The notes under the pieces: generated by a model
The model's input: only the letters and a program-made list of their open reading frames with translations
Databases searched by the model: none
What the model was told of the DNA's origin: nothing
From: the human T2T-CHM13v2.0 reference genome, Homo sapiens
Length of the DNA stretch: 64,000 nucleotides
NCBI RefSeq assembly: GCF_009914755.1
Contig: NC_060944.1
Strand: one strand, 5' to 3'
Part shown: one piece after another, positions 42,349-57,894 of the stretch
Numbering within the stretch: the stretch's first letter is position 1
How the letters are laid out: the number at the start of each line of letters is the position of its first letter
Position numbers and translations under genes: made by a program

Positions 42349-42591
42349 TATTTTTAAATAAAATGTTATTTAGATTAAGTATTTCTTTTGGACTTTTACA
42401 AAGTCCTAACCTAAACTTTATTTCCAACAAACTGTTTTCTTCTATTTAGTATATAGGAAGATTTCGATATTTTATGGTATCAAATGCCATACTCTGTAGA
42501 TACAATATTAAAATGGCACTGTAGGAAGAGTCATATTCTGCCTGATATATCTCTCTTTAAATGAAAGAAAAAAGTTAACAAATTATCTTAA

Positions 42592-43192
<601 letters not shown>

Positions 43193-43398
43193 TCTTAATT
43201 TTTGTGGCAGAGATTGTCTCTTGTATCCTTCATTCTGTCTACAATGTGCAAAAATATATTTTGGAGTGAATGGTTGAGATTTGTGCTCTGAGAATTAGTT
43301 ACTGTTTTCTAGGAGAATGAAAGGGAAAAAGTAGGTATGTGTAAAAAGTTGGCCCTGATCTTGTATATAGTTCATTAAGAATTTTTTTTGTTAATAGC

Positions 43399-43772
43399 TG
43401 TATGAGTCCGTTCTAACACTGCTGTAAAGCAGCTACCTGAGACTGTTTAATTTATAAAGAAAAGAGGTTTAATTGGCTCACAGTTCTGCAGGCTCTACAG
43501 GAAGCATGGCTGGGGGTGGTGCTCAGGAAACATAGAATCATGGCAGAAAGTAAAGGGGAAGCAAGTACATCTTCACGCGCTGGCAGGAGAGAGCAAGCAA
43601 AGGGGCAAGTGTTATGCACTTTCAAACAACCAGATCTCATGAGAACTTACTCACTATCAAGGTGGAAATCCACCCCTATGATCCAGTCACCTCCCACCAG
43701 GTCCCTCCCTCAACATTGGGGATTACAATTCATCATGAAATGTGGATGGGGACACAAATCCAAACCATATCA
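43399..43772 (-). mobile_element. MST-type MaLR solo LTR
   Basis: aatttataaagaaaagaggtttaattggctcacagttctgcagg ... ggggacacaaatccaaaccatatca. Confidence 0.85.
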
Positions 43773-43829
43773 AAAGCCTCTAGAGGCTTACAATTACGCT
43801 TACGATAAAATCCAAACTTCTTATGAAGC

Positions 43830-44780
<951 letters not shown>

Positions 44781-45547
44781 GATTCCCCATGAAACAATAC
44801 ATTGATTATAGCAAAGGGGAATGCACAATAGCTATTTTGCACTTAGCCAGGCCGTTTTACCGCTATGCGTAAATAAATCCCCCATCATTCAGGTGTGGGT
44901 GAGGAGGACTGCGGAAAAGTAAGGTGACTTTACTGCTCCTTTGGCACTGTTCACTTTTGCTTAGTCACTGGAGTGACCTTCAGATGGCTTAGAAACCAGC
45001 AGCATCAATAGTAATAAAAGTTACAGAGCCAGACTATGGAGCCATTTTTATCTTTTTTAGTTCCTGGTGAAACTCTTGCCTTTTCTGTTAGGAGCAAATG
45101 ATCCCTTCCATTGTGGCCTTTGTTCTGCATCACCACTAGCAGATGTTGCTGGGAGGTTGCAGAGAGATTTGGTCACTTGTTCTACTTACTTTCTTAACCA
45201 GTGCAAGTCAGAACTGCTTAAAAGGCTTCATACTTTTAAGTCATATACACATTGAACAACAGGCACACATGGAATGAATTTACCTCACCCTGCCTTCTAA
45301 GAAATATACTTTTATGGCCAGTGAATTCGTTATTGAAAAATTTGAGCAGATTTATTTATTTATTTATTTTGGCCAACACAAATCTCAAAACTATGACTTT
45401 ACATTTTCAACACTCTTAATGGTTTTTAAAATCATTGCTGGTGGTAAAGGTTCCATAAACACACCGGCCCAGCAAGATACTTTCCAGTTTTGGCCAAAAA
45501 TAAGTTATTCCACTACTGATACCATAATTTCCATTTATTATTACTCC

Positions 45548-45856
45548 TTTTTTTTTTTTTTTTTTTTTTTTTTTTGAGACGGAGTCTCGTTCTGTAGCCC
45601 AGGGTGGAGTGCAATGGTGTTATCGGTGCTCACTGCAACCTCTGCCTCCCAGGCTCAAGTATTCTCCTGCCTCAGCCTCTCAAGTAGCTGGGATTACAGG
45701 CACATGCCACCACACCTGGCTAATTTTTGTATTTGTAGTAGAGATGGGGTTTCACCATGTTGGACAGTCTGTTCTTGAACTCCTGACCTCAGGTGATCCA
45801 CCCAGCTAGGCCTCCCAAAGTGCTAGGATTACAGGCGTGAGCCACCATACCCGGCC
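45548..45856 (-). mobile_element. Alu (S-type)
   Basis: Long poly(T) then reverse dimer ending cccggcc. Confidence 0.95.
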
Positions 45857-48258
45857 TGTTACTTCAATGTTGTAAGGGAATATATAGATGGAAGTTGAGA
45901 ATTCTTTATTTTTTGTAAAAAAGTCAAACACCTGATTACTTGCCTGATTCTTCTTAGTGAAGTGAGACAGAGACTCATGCATGTAAGCAGTATACTTTTC
46001 TACTTGTGCTTTTGCTCTGCAGTAATCTGAAATGAGACATCGCCCATCTTAGAATTGTGGTTTATTTGCAGGGGAGGCATGCATTTTCCTACTGCCCTAT
46101 ACACACAAGCCTATTTTATTACTTTGTTTGAAGACTGGGTGTGTCTAATGTAGTGGAAATTCATCGATTCAGTGTTAAGTACAGGTGAAACACATTTCAG
46201 GACCACATTAGACAGTCTTTTTAATTATCCTTTTTTTTGGATTATTCATGTGACTGCTTTCCTCTTTTCACGTGAATTGCTGAGAATTTATCATCCTTTC
46301 CAGTTCATTAAATCATTAAAATTCTTTACTAGCACTATAAATAAATATGCCAGGCCATGAGTTGAGGCCGGTTGATAAAGGCAGCTTTGTCCTGGTAATA
46401 GTTCTTGTTCCTGGTTAACCCACACTTCTCTGTGAATATGTGTATTACATTAAATTTTAGACTTTTAATGTAGTGAAGCCTTACTCTAAGCATGTAGGGA
46501 CTTGCTTTAAGTTGAGCTTTGGTGTTTACAGTTGGATTAGCTGTGAGATTAATGTGGTATTATAATACTGCATTTGTGCTTAGACATGTTCAGGAGAGCC
46601 CCAGGACACATTTAATAGGTATTCAGGTTCTTTTCCACTCTACCTAGTCTAAGCTTGCATCTCAGTCAACTAGAAACACTGTAGATCTTAGTTTCAGACC
46701 ATTTTGGTCTAGGACCAGTTGCACCCCACAAGTGTGATCTGGAGTTCTAATTGGACTTGGAAGTGTTGGGCTTTAACCTCCTCTTGTGTAACCATTGAAA
46801 GCCAGGTGCATGGGCATGGCACTGTTGCAGATATGGAGATGCAGTCCTCAGAGAAAGCACACTTTAATCAGGCAACATAAGGCAAGATAGAATGTGAGAA
46901 AGTACTGCATTTGGGCATGATGAGTCTGGAAGCACCAGGAAACCTTCCTTGCTTAGGTATCCTTTGGACTGCGTCTTGAAGGATGGGTGGGTAGGCTTTT
47001 TATACGTAGGGTTGTACAGAAGAAAGGGCAGTGAGGATGGCAGGAAGCAATGGACCCATTTGTAGTGTGGGAATAGTCTGGTTTGCAGGGTGGGTGAATG
47101 AAGAGGATGAGTCAAAAGATCTAATTGGGAATTGAGCCAGGTCATGGAGATCCAAAATGCATTGCAAGCCATGCTTCCTCTCACTGGGAAAGGTGAGACA
47201 GAATTTCTTCCCTTCTTCCGGGGCGGATGCTTGTTTGCACTTCTCTGGTATGTGAGAGAGACCTTCCTCAATTTAGATGATAGCCCCTTAGGGAAGAGCA
47301 TTATAGAGTAAAGATTTGACCACATGCCTCTTTTTGTCTCATTTTTGATGCTATATTTTAAATTTTACAAGAGTGTTACTTCAGTCAAATACTGACATCA
47401 CCCAGGTCTCCTATACGGAACTCTTAGTAGAAATTATGGCATCTCCGCAGATGACAAGTAAAATCCTTATGCAGAGAGACCTGACTCAGATGTAAATTGT
47501 GATCACCATTTTCAGAGATTGTCCTTCCTTGGTCTGGTTCCAGTCATCATCACCTTGGATCTTGTATGAGTTCATATCTCTGTTAACTATGGTGGAGTGG
47601 TTGCTTCTCTGTGGTTTTTTTTTTTTTTTTTTAAATAAGGTACTGACAGTTGAGTTGCCACTCTTTGAAGATGTATTTTGACTTTAATGTTTTTAATCTG
47701 TTTATTATGGTTAAAGTTCCTATGTATTATAAATGCTGTCCTCCCTATTGTTATGTGATGCAGAGACTGGAGAAACTCAAATTTAAGAACATGTTTTCAT
47801 GAATAGTCCCCACTTTAAGTGAGACTTATTTTAGCATTATTTCATGAGCAATTAGATTATTTTACTCTAAATCTCTGGGCAGTTCAAGTACTGACCTACT
47901 TATATAGTAGCTCTTAATTAAAAAAATAATTATTTTTATTTTAGAGAATATTAGAGAATTGAATTTTTTTTGAAATACTCTATTTTCTTAGTTCTAATAC
48001 ATGTGATAAAGCTAGGTATGGAACCTCAATTTTTATTCTGATTATAATAGCATGAGAGGTTGAAGCAACAAAGAAGTGCTTTATCAGTGTCGAATTATTA
48101 TTTCCTGCAGCAAATGGTGGTAGTTTGTGAATGTTACTTGGTGTTATTATATTTAAGGTTATACCAACATTTAAAGTATACTGTGCCTTTCTATTGTGTA
48201 CTTCACAACAGTTGATGGGGATTGTATACTTTTAAGCTAATTAAAAGTAGCATAAAAC

Positions 48259-48681
<423 letters not shown>

Positions 48682-50366
48682 CTAATTCTACTTGAATTTT
48701 TTGTTAGGGAATATTATTGTTATTTATTTTAGAAATGTAGGTGCCTTTTTTCATTTTTATTTGGTGGTATCTACTCGAGAGAAGGTATGTTAGAAATTGA
48801 GTGTTAAGCTACTTTGTAACTTCATGTATGTTTAAGTTTTCCCACAGCAAGATTTCTCAGATTTCACTCAGCATAGCAGACCTCTTAATGTTAGATCTTG
48901 TATTGTTTGCCCAAAATAACTATATTTCATTCTGGTCGCATACATTGTAAAACAAAGGATAGCATTTCATTAAATAGTAATTAATTGAGACCTTCTGGAT
49001 ATGTGTATAGTGTTTGTCAAAATGTGAAATTGTAACTGGTCTTTTCTATGTGGTTTTGCAAAACAAAACAAAACAAAACAAAACAACAAAATAAAAAGCT
49101 TTTTCTGGCCTTGCCTTTCCCAACCTGTCCTGTTCATTTTACAGTGAGCACAATTTAAAATCTAAGATAATTGATATAATTCAGGTGTTTGGTGTTGATG
49201 GCGGGGAGGCAGTAAATTGAAGGACAGGAGAGCAGTGTTTATTTCTAAGCACTGAGTGACTAAAGGTATAGAACTTAGTTGTGGATGTTGGGGAAATTTG
49301 GCTGTGATACTTGGAACCTCACTAATAATCAGGACTGATGTAGAATATCTGGTGATTTGGGAGTTGTCTGGATTCTTTCTTCCCGTCCCATGTGTTCTTG
49401 GAAAAGGTGTTTTTCCCAAATAGAACAAGATACTCTTTGGTTAATATGTGAGAGAAGCTTTTGGACTTTGATGATCTGATGGAGGAGATGTTCTTGGTGA
49501 CTATCTTTCGAATATCAGAAAAAAAAACAAAAAAAACTAATACTAGCCAAAGTAAAACATATCTTTGGAAACACTTTCCTTTTTCTTTGACCGAAACATA
49601 TTATTTTCTTCTTCTGTTATTTAAAGCCAACAAATGACCTGGAGAAAGCCACAGCAATGGTTGGGTGAGGTTGTTCCATTCCAGCATTCCCAGTAGGATT
49701 GATTGAAGTCCTTTGTTGGAACAGCCCCATTCAGGCCTTTTTGAAAGGGACCTCCTGAGCCTTGATTTTACTTTTCTTTGGATAGACTATTTTCAAGTAC
49801 CTAGTAGAAAGTCATATATATATATTGGGATCATTGTATTATGATAATGTTTCTCTCTCTTAAGCTAACATTTTAATATGGATTCTATTTGTTTGAAAGT
49901 AAGCAATATCTTCTAATGAGTCATTTAGCTCCATATTTAACCTATGTATAAAGTAGTTGTAAGTTAATAAATCTTGAATTGATTGATAAAATATCTTTAG
50001 CAAATATTACCCAGAGAGTTACAGGCTTATACTGATCAGTTTTATGTACATTTTATGTACAATTGTGTGGCATGAGAAAATACTAGAAATGCATTATATT
50101 AATGCTGGAACTCTTACCAGTCCTGGCAATGCAAATTCTCATTTTGAGATTTCCATCTAGATATTCTACCATATCAATGGTTGTCATAGTAGCAGTCTCA
50201 ATTGAGAATTGTGATTATATACTTTATCAAATAACTACTTGATGAAAGCTCAATTATTCTAATGTAGTTCAGCCAGAATTCTGAGCCATCATCTTGCCTG
50301 GTTAAGGAAATAATTAAGCAACCTAAAAAAAAGATTTCTTTCTTTCTGTTGAATTGTACAAATTTT

Positions 50367-50565
50367 ACCGTATTTCACTGACTGTAGGGTGCCATCAGGT
50401 GTAAGACATGCCATTACTTTATGTACTGCTAAGAAAGGAAAAAAAAAAGCCTAATAGTTACACTCATGAGATGGCATCAATTAAAAGACACAAACCAGTT
50501 TCAGAGATGTTAAAGTGGCGAGGGTGGGGGAGGCACAAGGAATCTACAGTCCATAAAATATGGCA
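50367..50565. mobile_element. TcMar-like non-autonomous DNA transposon remnant
   Basis: Terminal ta-ccgtatttca ... taaaatatgg inverted similarity. Confidence 0.45.
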
Positions 50566-50761
50566 CTTACATATGTACACAGAGTTTTAGTTGGGTATTG
50601 GTCATAATCATATTAAAATGTAAAGAAAATTATATTAAGTAAATAACTATTTCTGGCAAATATTATACAGATTTTTTAAATCCTAGAAACCTATAATTGG
50701 AAAAGATAGGCGATCATGTAGTCAATACACCTGAGGAAATGTACCATGAGATCATCTAGAG

Positions 50762-50975
50762 CAGAGTTGTCTAACCTTTTGGCTTCCCTGGGCCATGTTG
50801 GAAGAATTGTCTTGAGCCACACATAAAGTATGCTAACACTAAGGATAGCCCATGAGCTAAAAAAATTGCAGAAAAAAAAAATCTCATAATGTTTTAAGAA
50901 AGGTGGCGAATTTGTTTGAGGCTGCATTCAAAGCCATCCTAGGCCTCTTGCAGGGCCGCAGGTTGGACAAACTTG
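50762..50975. mobile_element. MER30 (hAT-Charlie)
   Basis: cttttggcttccctgggccatgttggaagaattgtc...ggttggacaaacttg; perfect 8-bp TSD atctagag. Confidence 0.9.
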
Positions 50976-53854
50976 ATCTAGAGTATGTAAAACTTAGCAA
51001 TTGGTTGCCTTTTTTTATTGAAGTATCTTCAACTTTACAAAAGAAATTATAATATTCCTTTAAATAGCCATCTTCAGAGTATCTCCTGGTAAACTTTATA
51101 TACCCCTTTTCAAGATCACTTAATGTATGGAAGAGAATAATTTGGGATTTAGATGAGTAGTTTAGTATTCCAAACAAGGTGCACACTGAGACACAGTGTG
51201 TATGTAAGAGCTATAATCGTCAAATGTCATGGTAAGTGCCATATGGAATTTTAAAAAGAATCATCGTTCCCTGCCTTCTAAGAATTACCACATTCTACCT
51301 TTGGGCATTCCTCCCCACCCCCCGCTCACCCCAAATCTAAAGTACAATTCAAGGTTAACTGGAGCTCTGTGTGGTGAAAAGGTGGCTTAATGAAACTGAC
51401 CATGAACCTTATACTGTGGACAGCACTGAGGTATGCCTTGGCCAAATACTTGGCCTTAGTTATCAACCTTGGTGCTGGAATTCAAACTGGGTCATTGTCG
51501 AGAGAGGCCAAATTGAGTTGCTAGTGAGATATGGCTGGGTGGCTAGATGGGCTCCTTGCAGGAGGCTGTCTCAGGAAGTGGGCACAGCAGTGAATCAGCC
51601 AACAGGTGGCCTCATGGAGGTTTGAAGTCCACAATGGGCACCCAGCCTGAAGTGTGGGTTCAAGTGCAGGTTTGGAAATAACACTGTGGGATTTGGACAT
51701 TGGGTGTGGACCGGATCACAGTGCACAGCACAAATCTTGCTTATTATTGAACCTTCCCTGCAAAATCAGATTCACAGCAAAATGGGACCTGCTTGGCCCA
51801 TAGGTGGGGCTAGAGGAAGCCTGCAGATAGGATGAAATGTCAGTAGCTGTGCAGTCTGAAAAGAGTACAAGGATGAGGAGCTAGATTAATCTTTGAGATT
51901 TTGTGTTTTAGATGATTGCATCACAAACGTTTCCTGCTTTGGGCACAATTGCTGCTAATGGTGAGAACTTACCTTTGTAGACTGTTTTTAACTAAAGTGC
52001 TTTCACAAAACATATAATCTTGCCTTCACAATAAACCTGAGGGAGAAGCTGGGTCTAATTACCCCATTTGGCAGATGTGGAAAATGAGGCTCACAAATAC
52101 TGACCTTAAGGTCACTTGTTGTTAGCTCTTGCTTTTTTAGCTATGCTATGCTTCCAGCGCTTGACTCCATATTTATTTCCAAATTTAGAAAGCATATATA
52201 GTCTGTTTTCCAGCAGCTTCTGCTGACTTTGGGGACTGCCAACATTTTGTTGCTTATCTTTTTACCTCCCAAATCAAAAGCATAATTTTTGCTCAGTATT
52301 GAAGGGACAAATAAGCAAAAACAAAACACTATTCCCTCATAACTTACCAGATTAAACTACTCTCCTCTGTTAGGTTATGTTAATCATTTTTGGAAGTGAT
52401 AGGTATTTCTTCAGTCTACCTTACCTTGTTTAAACCTCTGTTAACCTCACTGCTGTTGCTTTTTAGCGGCCTTGTAGTAAACCATGTACAAGTCCAGACA
52501 AGGAGTCCAGAGTTAGAGCAAGTTAAACAAGAGTTGCCAGCATTATTAGTTGTTGACATAGAAGTTGGTGTTAACCGTGAATAGCTGGTTTCTAACTTTA
52601 TTTTACCTGGAGAGCCTCTTCTGTTTTTGAGCAGCGTCCTCACTGCAGTTCCTTCCTTCCATCTCATTCCACAAGTATCCTTTCAGCATTCTTGCCTGTA
52701 GTGTGCCCCTACAGGGGTGCAGACTACATATGTTCATGGTTTTCATCTTTGTAAACTTTAAAAGAAAGCTCTTCTTTTAAAGTAGATTAGAAATATGACA
52801 ATTGAGCATTCTGTAAGTGTGTGAGGTAATTACTGTGAGTGAATATTAGAGTGAATGAAGCAAACAACATGACAAGCCAGGAGATCCGCCTCGTAGTCCA
52901 GGTGTTGCCCCACTTCTTTACTGTGGAATTTTCACAAACCCCTTATACTTCTGACACCAGTTGCCATACCTGTGAAAAAAGAGTTGCATTAAATGATTTC
53001 TGGAGTCCCGTTCAGTTTCAAACCTCATTCAGGTCTGCAAAGTGAATATGTCAGATTGTATTAAATAAAGGTAGGATTGCTGACAAACCTTCCAGTGGTG
53101 AAAAGGATGATCTAAGTGAGCTTAAATTCTGTGGATAATTTTGTTATTATTGGGAATTGAATGGAAATAGGTTAACAGTGATTCAGCTTTCTGGCAATTA
53201 TAAAATCAACTGAAACACACTATTATTAGCTAACTTTTTAAGTTTGGTTTCTAGTCTTGCTCACCGCCGTATGCCCAACACCTAATACACTGCATAGTCA
53301 GTATGTTTTATTTTGGGAATACTTTCATACAAACTTGATGGACTTCTTGGCCTATTTACCTCATTAGGGCAGACAGCTCTAAAATTCAGGAAGTGTAGAA
53401 ACAAGTGATAAAATGCCTATTGGAAAGAAATTTTAGGAGTAAAATGTAGCAGTAGACATCAGGCTGCTATCCTTTTTTACCCTTCAACCCAGTGGGTGAT
53501 GTTTCTGGGTTACAGACTCAACAGATGGAGTTTTAACTATTTATGTTTAATCAAGGAGGAAAAGAAGCCATAATTTGTATTTAATGTAGTAGACTATAGA
53601 AATGAAAGAATAAAGTGATACCAAAATTTTGTATATTCAAATCAATCTTATAGTTTTATAACATTTTAACCCTAACATTTTATTGTATTTTGGGTTGCAA
53701 TTACTCATGGCAGATGAAAGCCATGGCTTCTCTTTCTAGAAAAATAAATGCACACATACTGCCAATTTCACCGACAGCTTGAGGAGTTTCATGAACTTGC
53801 CATCATCTGGTGGTCCCTAGTCTGAATTCTTGATAGAAAATAACCTAGTATGTT

Positions 53855-53937
53855 CATGTATACATATGTAACTAACCTGCACATTGTGCACATGTACACT
53901 AAAACTTAAAGTATAATAATAATAAAATAAAAAAAAA
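53855..53937 (+). mobile_element. Extremely truncated young L1PA (PA2-4-like) 3' tip
   Basis: catgtatacatatgtaactaacctgcacattgtgcacatgtac..aaaacttaaagtataat plus poly(A); 20-bp TSD with 2 mismatches. Confidence 0.9.
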
Positions 53938-56900
53938 AGAAAAGAACCTAGTGTGTTAAACCTTAAATGCCCTTAGAAATAACCTAGACCAGTGTTTCTT
54001 AAACTGTGGTCATGAGATCAGTTGAATGGATTATGACCAACATTGAAAAGAAAAGAAGAAAGAAGAAAATAGAAAATATCAGAGTGTATATCATAACATG
54101 CTAAGAGTAGGTTTTGTTTTTTGAGCCATGTCTTTCCATTTGTATGCCTGTATGTGTGTTTATGTTTAGTACTAAGTCAGAATATAAAATGCATTTCTTA
54201 CTGTGGATTGAGTGTAAAGTTTGAAAAACATTCATTCTGGGTGAATCTCTTTCATCTTATAGCTGAGGAAAACTGAGGCCCTTAAAGGCTAAATGATTTG
54301 TTCAAATACTCGCCTTTCTCTATTTTAAGTGGCCCAGCCAGGACTGAACTAGATTGGTTGCTAATTTTACCATGCTACATTGCTAATTTGTTGAAATACA
54401 ATTGTGAAGTAGACCATTTAAAAGTACTAAGTGATTATCTGCTTCATAGTTGACATTTTTTAATTCCTTATTTTTCCTGCCGAAATCATCACTGTCATTA
54501 TCTTTTAAAATAATTGGGGCTGGCGCTTCCTTTCCAGAGAATATCTTGGTCCCTCTCAGTTGGCTGTCTGCACACCTCAATCCTAGAATTTGACATTTGG
54601 GGCCTAATCAGAAGAATTTCAGAACAAGATGTGAGGGGTTGTTAAGTTTTTAATGTCCAAACTAAATTAAATTATTTTGAGTTATTTTCAATTCACTTAA
54701 TAGTTGAATGCAACATATGGCACCAGATGTTGGTACTGGATCATTGGGAAGACATCTAGTAGTCAGTAGTTATCTATGTGAAGTTTTTTTCAACCTTGAA
54801 TACTGTATGAAATGCAGATTCTGATCCAGAGTCTGGCTGAGATTCTGGGTGACTAATAGGCTCCCTGTAGATGCTGCTGCTGATCCTTCAACTACATTTT
54901 CAGTAGCAAGAACCTGCATTACTTGCCTTATTACCGTGGTAAGAAAAAGTAGCCGTCAGATAATTTTTCTGTCTTGATTTTAAACAGCCATGCTCATCAG
55001 TCCTTACATACATTGGAGTAATAATGCCCTTCTTTGTAGCACTCTTGTAGATGATTCAGATTTAGCGCTACTTCATTTAACTAGTATTGTCAGAATTTTC
55101 TACAAAACTTATTTTTCTAAATAACTGATATCTGTAATTTTAGAAAACATGTTCTACAATATTGCATACTTCTCTTTCTCAAACTGTTACATCCACTTTA
55201 CTTTTTTTCTTTAACTTAGTGGTGTAAGAGCCATGTGTTTTGGAGACTTCTTGGTGATGGGTATTGAGCCATATGCAAAATGAGTAAAGATCACAAACCC
55301 TTCTAAGTTCTTGTATCTGTGTTTTATGTTTTTTCTATTTTGTCTCCATCCAGCTACCAATTAATAGTATGTCTGCCTAAAAGCAGCTGGTTTCCCTTTC
55401 CATTCTAATTGATTACTTCTGACCTGAAAAGCCAGATACTAGATTTGTTAGAAATATTTATGAGATTAATCCCAGTCAGAAAGGCCTACCTGGCATGGGA
55501 GCTTTCCTGCAAGGAAGTGGTCAAGGAAGTTCAGTGGCACTTGAGCAAGAGAGAAATCCTTTAGTGTTAACCCTATTCTGAATAATTAGGTCAATAGGAG
55601 CTTACTTGTTTCTTCATGACTTTCTCTATGTGCTTTTTAAACTGGTTTCTAGATCCCTCTCTAACATTGTGTGTTAAAGTGTGTATGAAGATGATTTGGA
55701 GGTATCTGTATGTGTGTGTTCTGCTGTTGAGAACATGATAATCATAATAAATAAGCAGTGCTTCAGGATCCATCTAAAATGGAGACAGGTAACTGTGCTA
55801 CAGGCCCTGGTTCTCTTACAGAGGCTTTGCAAATGGTTTTAAGAATAATAATAACAACAATAAAGAGGATATTTCTTGGTTCAATTTAGTGTTCTAGGGA
55901 TTTAAAGACTGATTTCTGGTAACCGCCTTTAGCAGATTATTAATTATAACAATAACAATCGTAACTCTTATTTGCTGAGCCCTCACTGTGTCAGGTAGTC
56001 ATTATTCAGACAAATGTTAAAACAAGGAGGGCTGTGGTCATGAAGGGTGCATTTGCCTGAGGGGTAGCAAATGGCTGCTGTGCTTTGAACAAATGAGCGT
56101 GATCCAAATAGATAGGGGTGAGATTAAATATTTTAATTAGTCCCTCTTTACAATAAATAAGCATATGCAGAACCTATTGCCGGTGTTTTTGTTTTTTTTA
56201 CTCACCAACGCTAGAAATGGTTGGAGGATTCACACCTACAAAAATCAAATGGTAGCTTATATTCTTCTAATTCAAAGCAGAGAGAACCTGTTTGCATTTT
56301 AACTAGGTGGAATCCGAACATTTATCATTTTGAATAGCCTTGTTATTTGTTCTGTCTTAGAAGTTGTGGATTATATTCTTTAAAATTAAGACAAGACTAA
56401 ATGTAGCCTTAACAGTTAAGTTGAATTTTGAGATCCTGAACATGGCCCCATCTGAAATATTTTTAGTGAATTACAGCCTTTGAACATTGATCATCAGATT
56501 TGTTTTTATTTGAATCTTATTTTTACTTCTAGAGTTTATCTTATGCTTTAGTGTACTTAGGTGTACGGGTATAATCTTAATCTAATTAACAGTATTTTGT
56601 GACCTGAGACACCTGTCAAAGACCATTATAGAAGCTAGAAAACATTGGGAGGTAAACTGAACACATGGCCTCAGTTCTCTTCTTTAGCACTAGACTATGA
56701 CTTGCACTCAAAAGAGGCTAAGAAAAAGAAAAATAACGTCCTTTGCCTTTAAAGTGTAATAAATGTGTTTTGCTATTAATAGCCCTTTTCAGTTTATAGA
56801 CTGGAGGATTTTGTTTTAAGTATTTGAAACTAAATGCTGCTGGGAAAAAGATTTTAGTAGAAATATAGATATCTGTCCCTACCCTTTGTTAATTGATCCT

Positions 56901-57084
56901 GCTTAACTGGGGACATAATGTATGTCTACTGAAGAGAAATCTGTGGGCATAAACTCCTCCCTTCCTGTTGTCAAATATATTTCATATGTTATTATCTTGT
57001 TTAAATATACAGTAGACAAGAAAATGCAACTGCTGTTCCTTTAATATCAGAACTATGCATGTTACAATAGGTGTCACTGTTTTG

Positions 57085-57200
57085 CTTGGTCCAATCATGA
57101 TTGGTGACTTCAGCTATTGGCTCGGAGCACTGGCTGTCTGACTCCATCTGCAGGGCTGTAATACCTACTCTCCTCCGATCCATTCACCACACAACTTCAG
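57085..57200 (+). promoter_or_regulatory. Proximal CCAAT-box promoter for the 522-aa isoform
   Basis: CCAATCATGATTGG (57091-57104) plus ATTGG (57116-57120) about 460 bp upstream of the ATG, in unique sequence. Confidence 0.6.
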
Positions 57201-57568
57201 CCGGCTGAACAGACTCACGCAGCTCCAGCCCATCTTGCTGACCTAATTCAGAAAAGAAGTGCTACAGCTCTGTGCCTGTCATCTTTGCAGTGTAGCATTT
57301 TCAGGTGATCTAGGAAACAGTTATTTTTATGAGCAAATAAGAGAAACAGGAATCATGATGGGGATATATTTAACAGACCCAGTACTGGATAAAACTTAAA
57401 GCCAGTTTCTATTCAACATAGTGAAAAGGTCACCTTGCCTGGCTGAGAAAAGCAGCAAAATATCAGCTTTGTTGGTTTCAGTTAACCTCTTAGCCCGGGC
57501 TAATCTCTTTTCCTTGATGTTCAAACCAATTTGGGATATCTAACTCTAAAGAGAGACACACTGTACTC

Positions 57569-57894
57569 ATGGTAGATGACAAGGAAAAGAACATGAAATG
57601 TCTCACCTTCTTCTTGATGCTTCCAGAGACGGTAAAGAACAGGTCCAAGAAAAGCTCAAAGAAAGCAAATACCAGCAGCAGCAGTAGCAACAGCAGCAAG
57701 TTGCCACCAGTTTGTTATGAAATAATTACCTTGAAGACTAAAAAGAAGAAGATGGCTGCTGATATATTCCCCCGTAAAAAGCCAGCCAACTCCAGCAGCA
57801 CCAGCGTCCAGCAGTACCACCAGCAGAATCTCAGTAACAACAACCTTATCCCGGCCCCAAACTGGCAGGGTCTTTATCCCACCATTAGAGAGAG
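57569..57894 (+). CDS. BTBD3: BTBD3 first coding exon (aa 1-109; 326 nt, phase-2 end)
   Basis: ORF MVDDKEKNMKCLTFFLMLPE...NWQGLYPTIRER recognised as the BTBD3 N-terminus; donor AG|GTAAGT at 57895; second in-frame strong-Kozak ATG (M62, aagATGG) at 57752. Confidence 0.97.
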
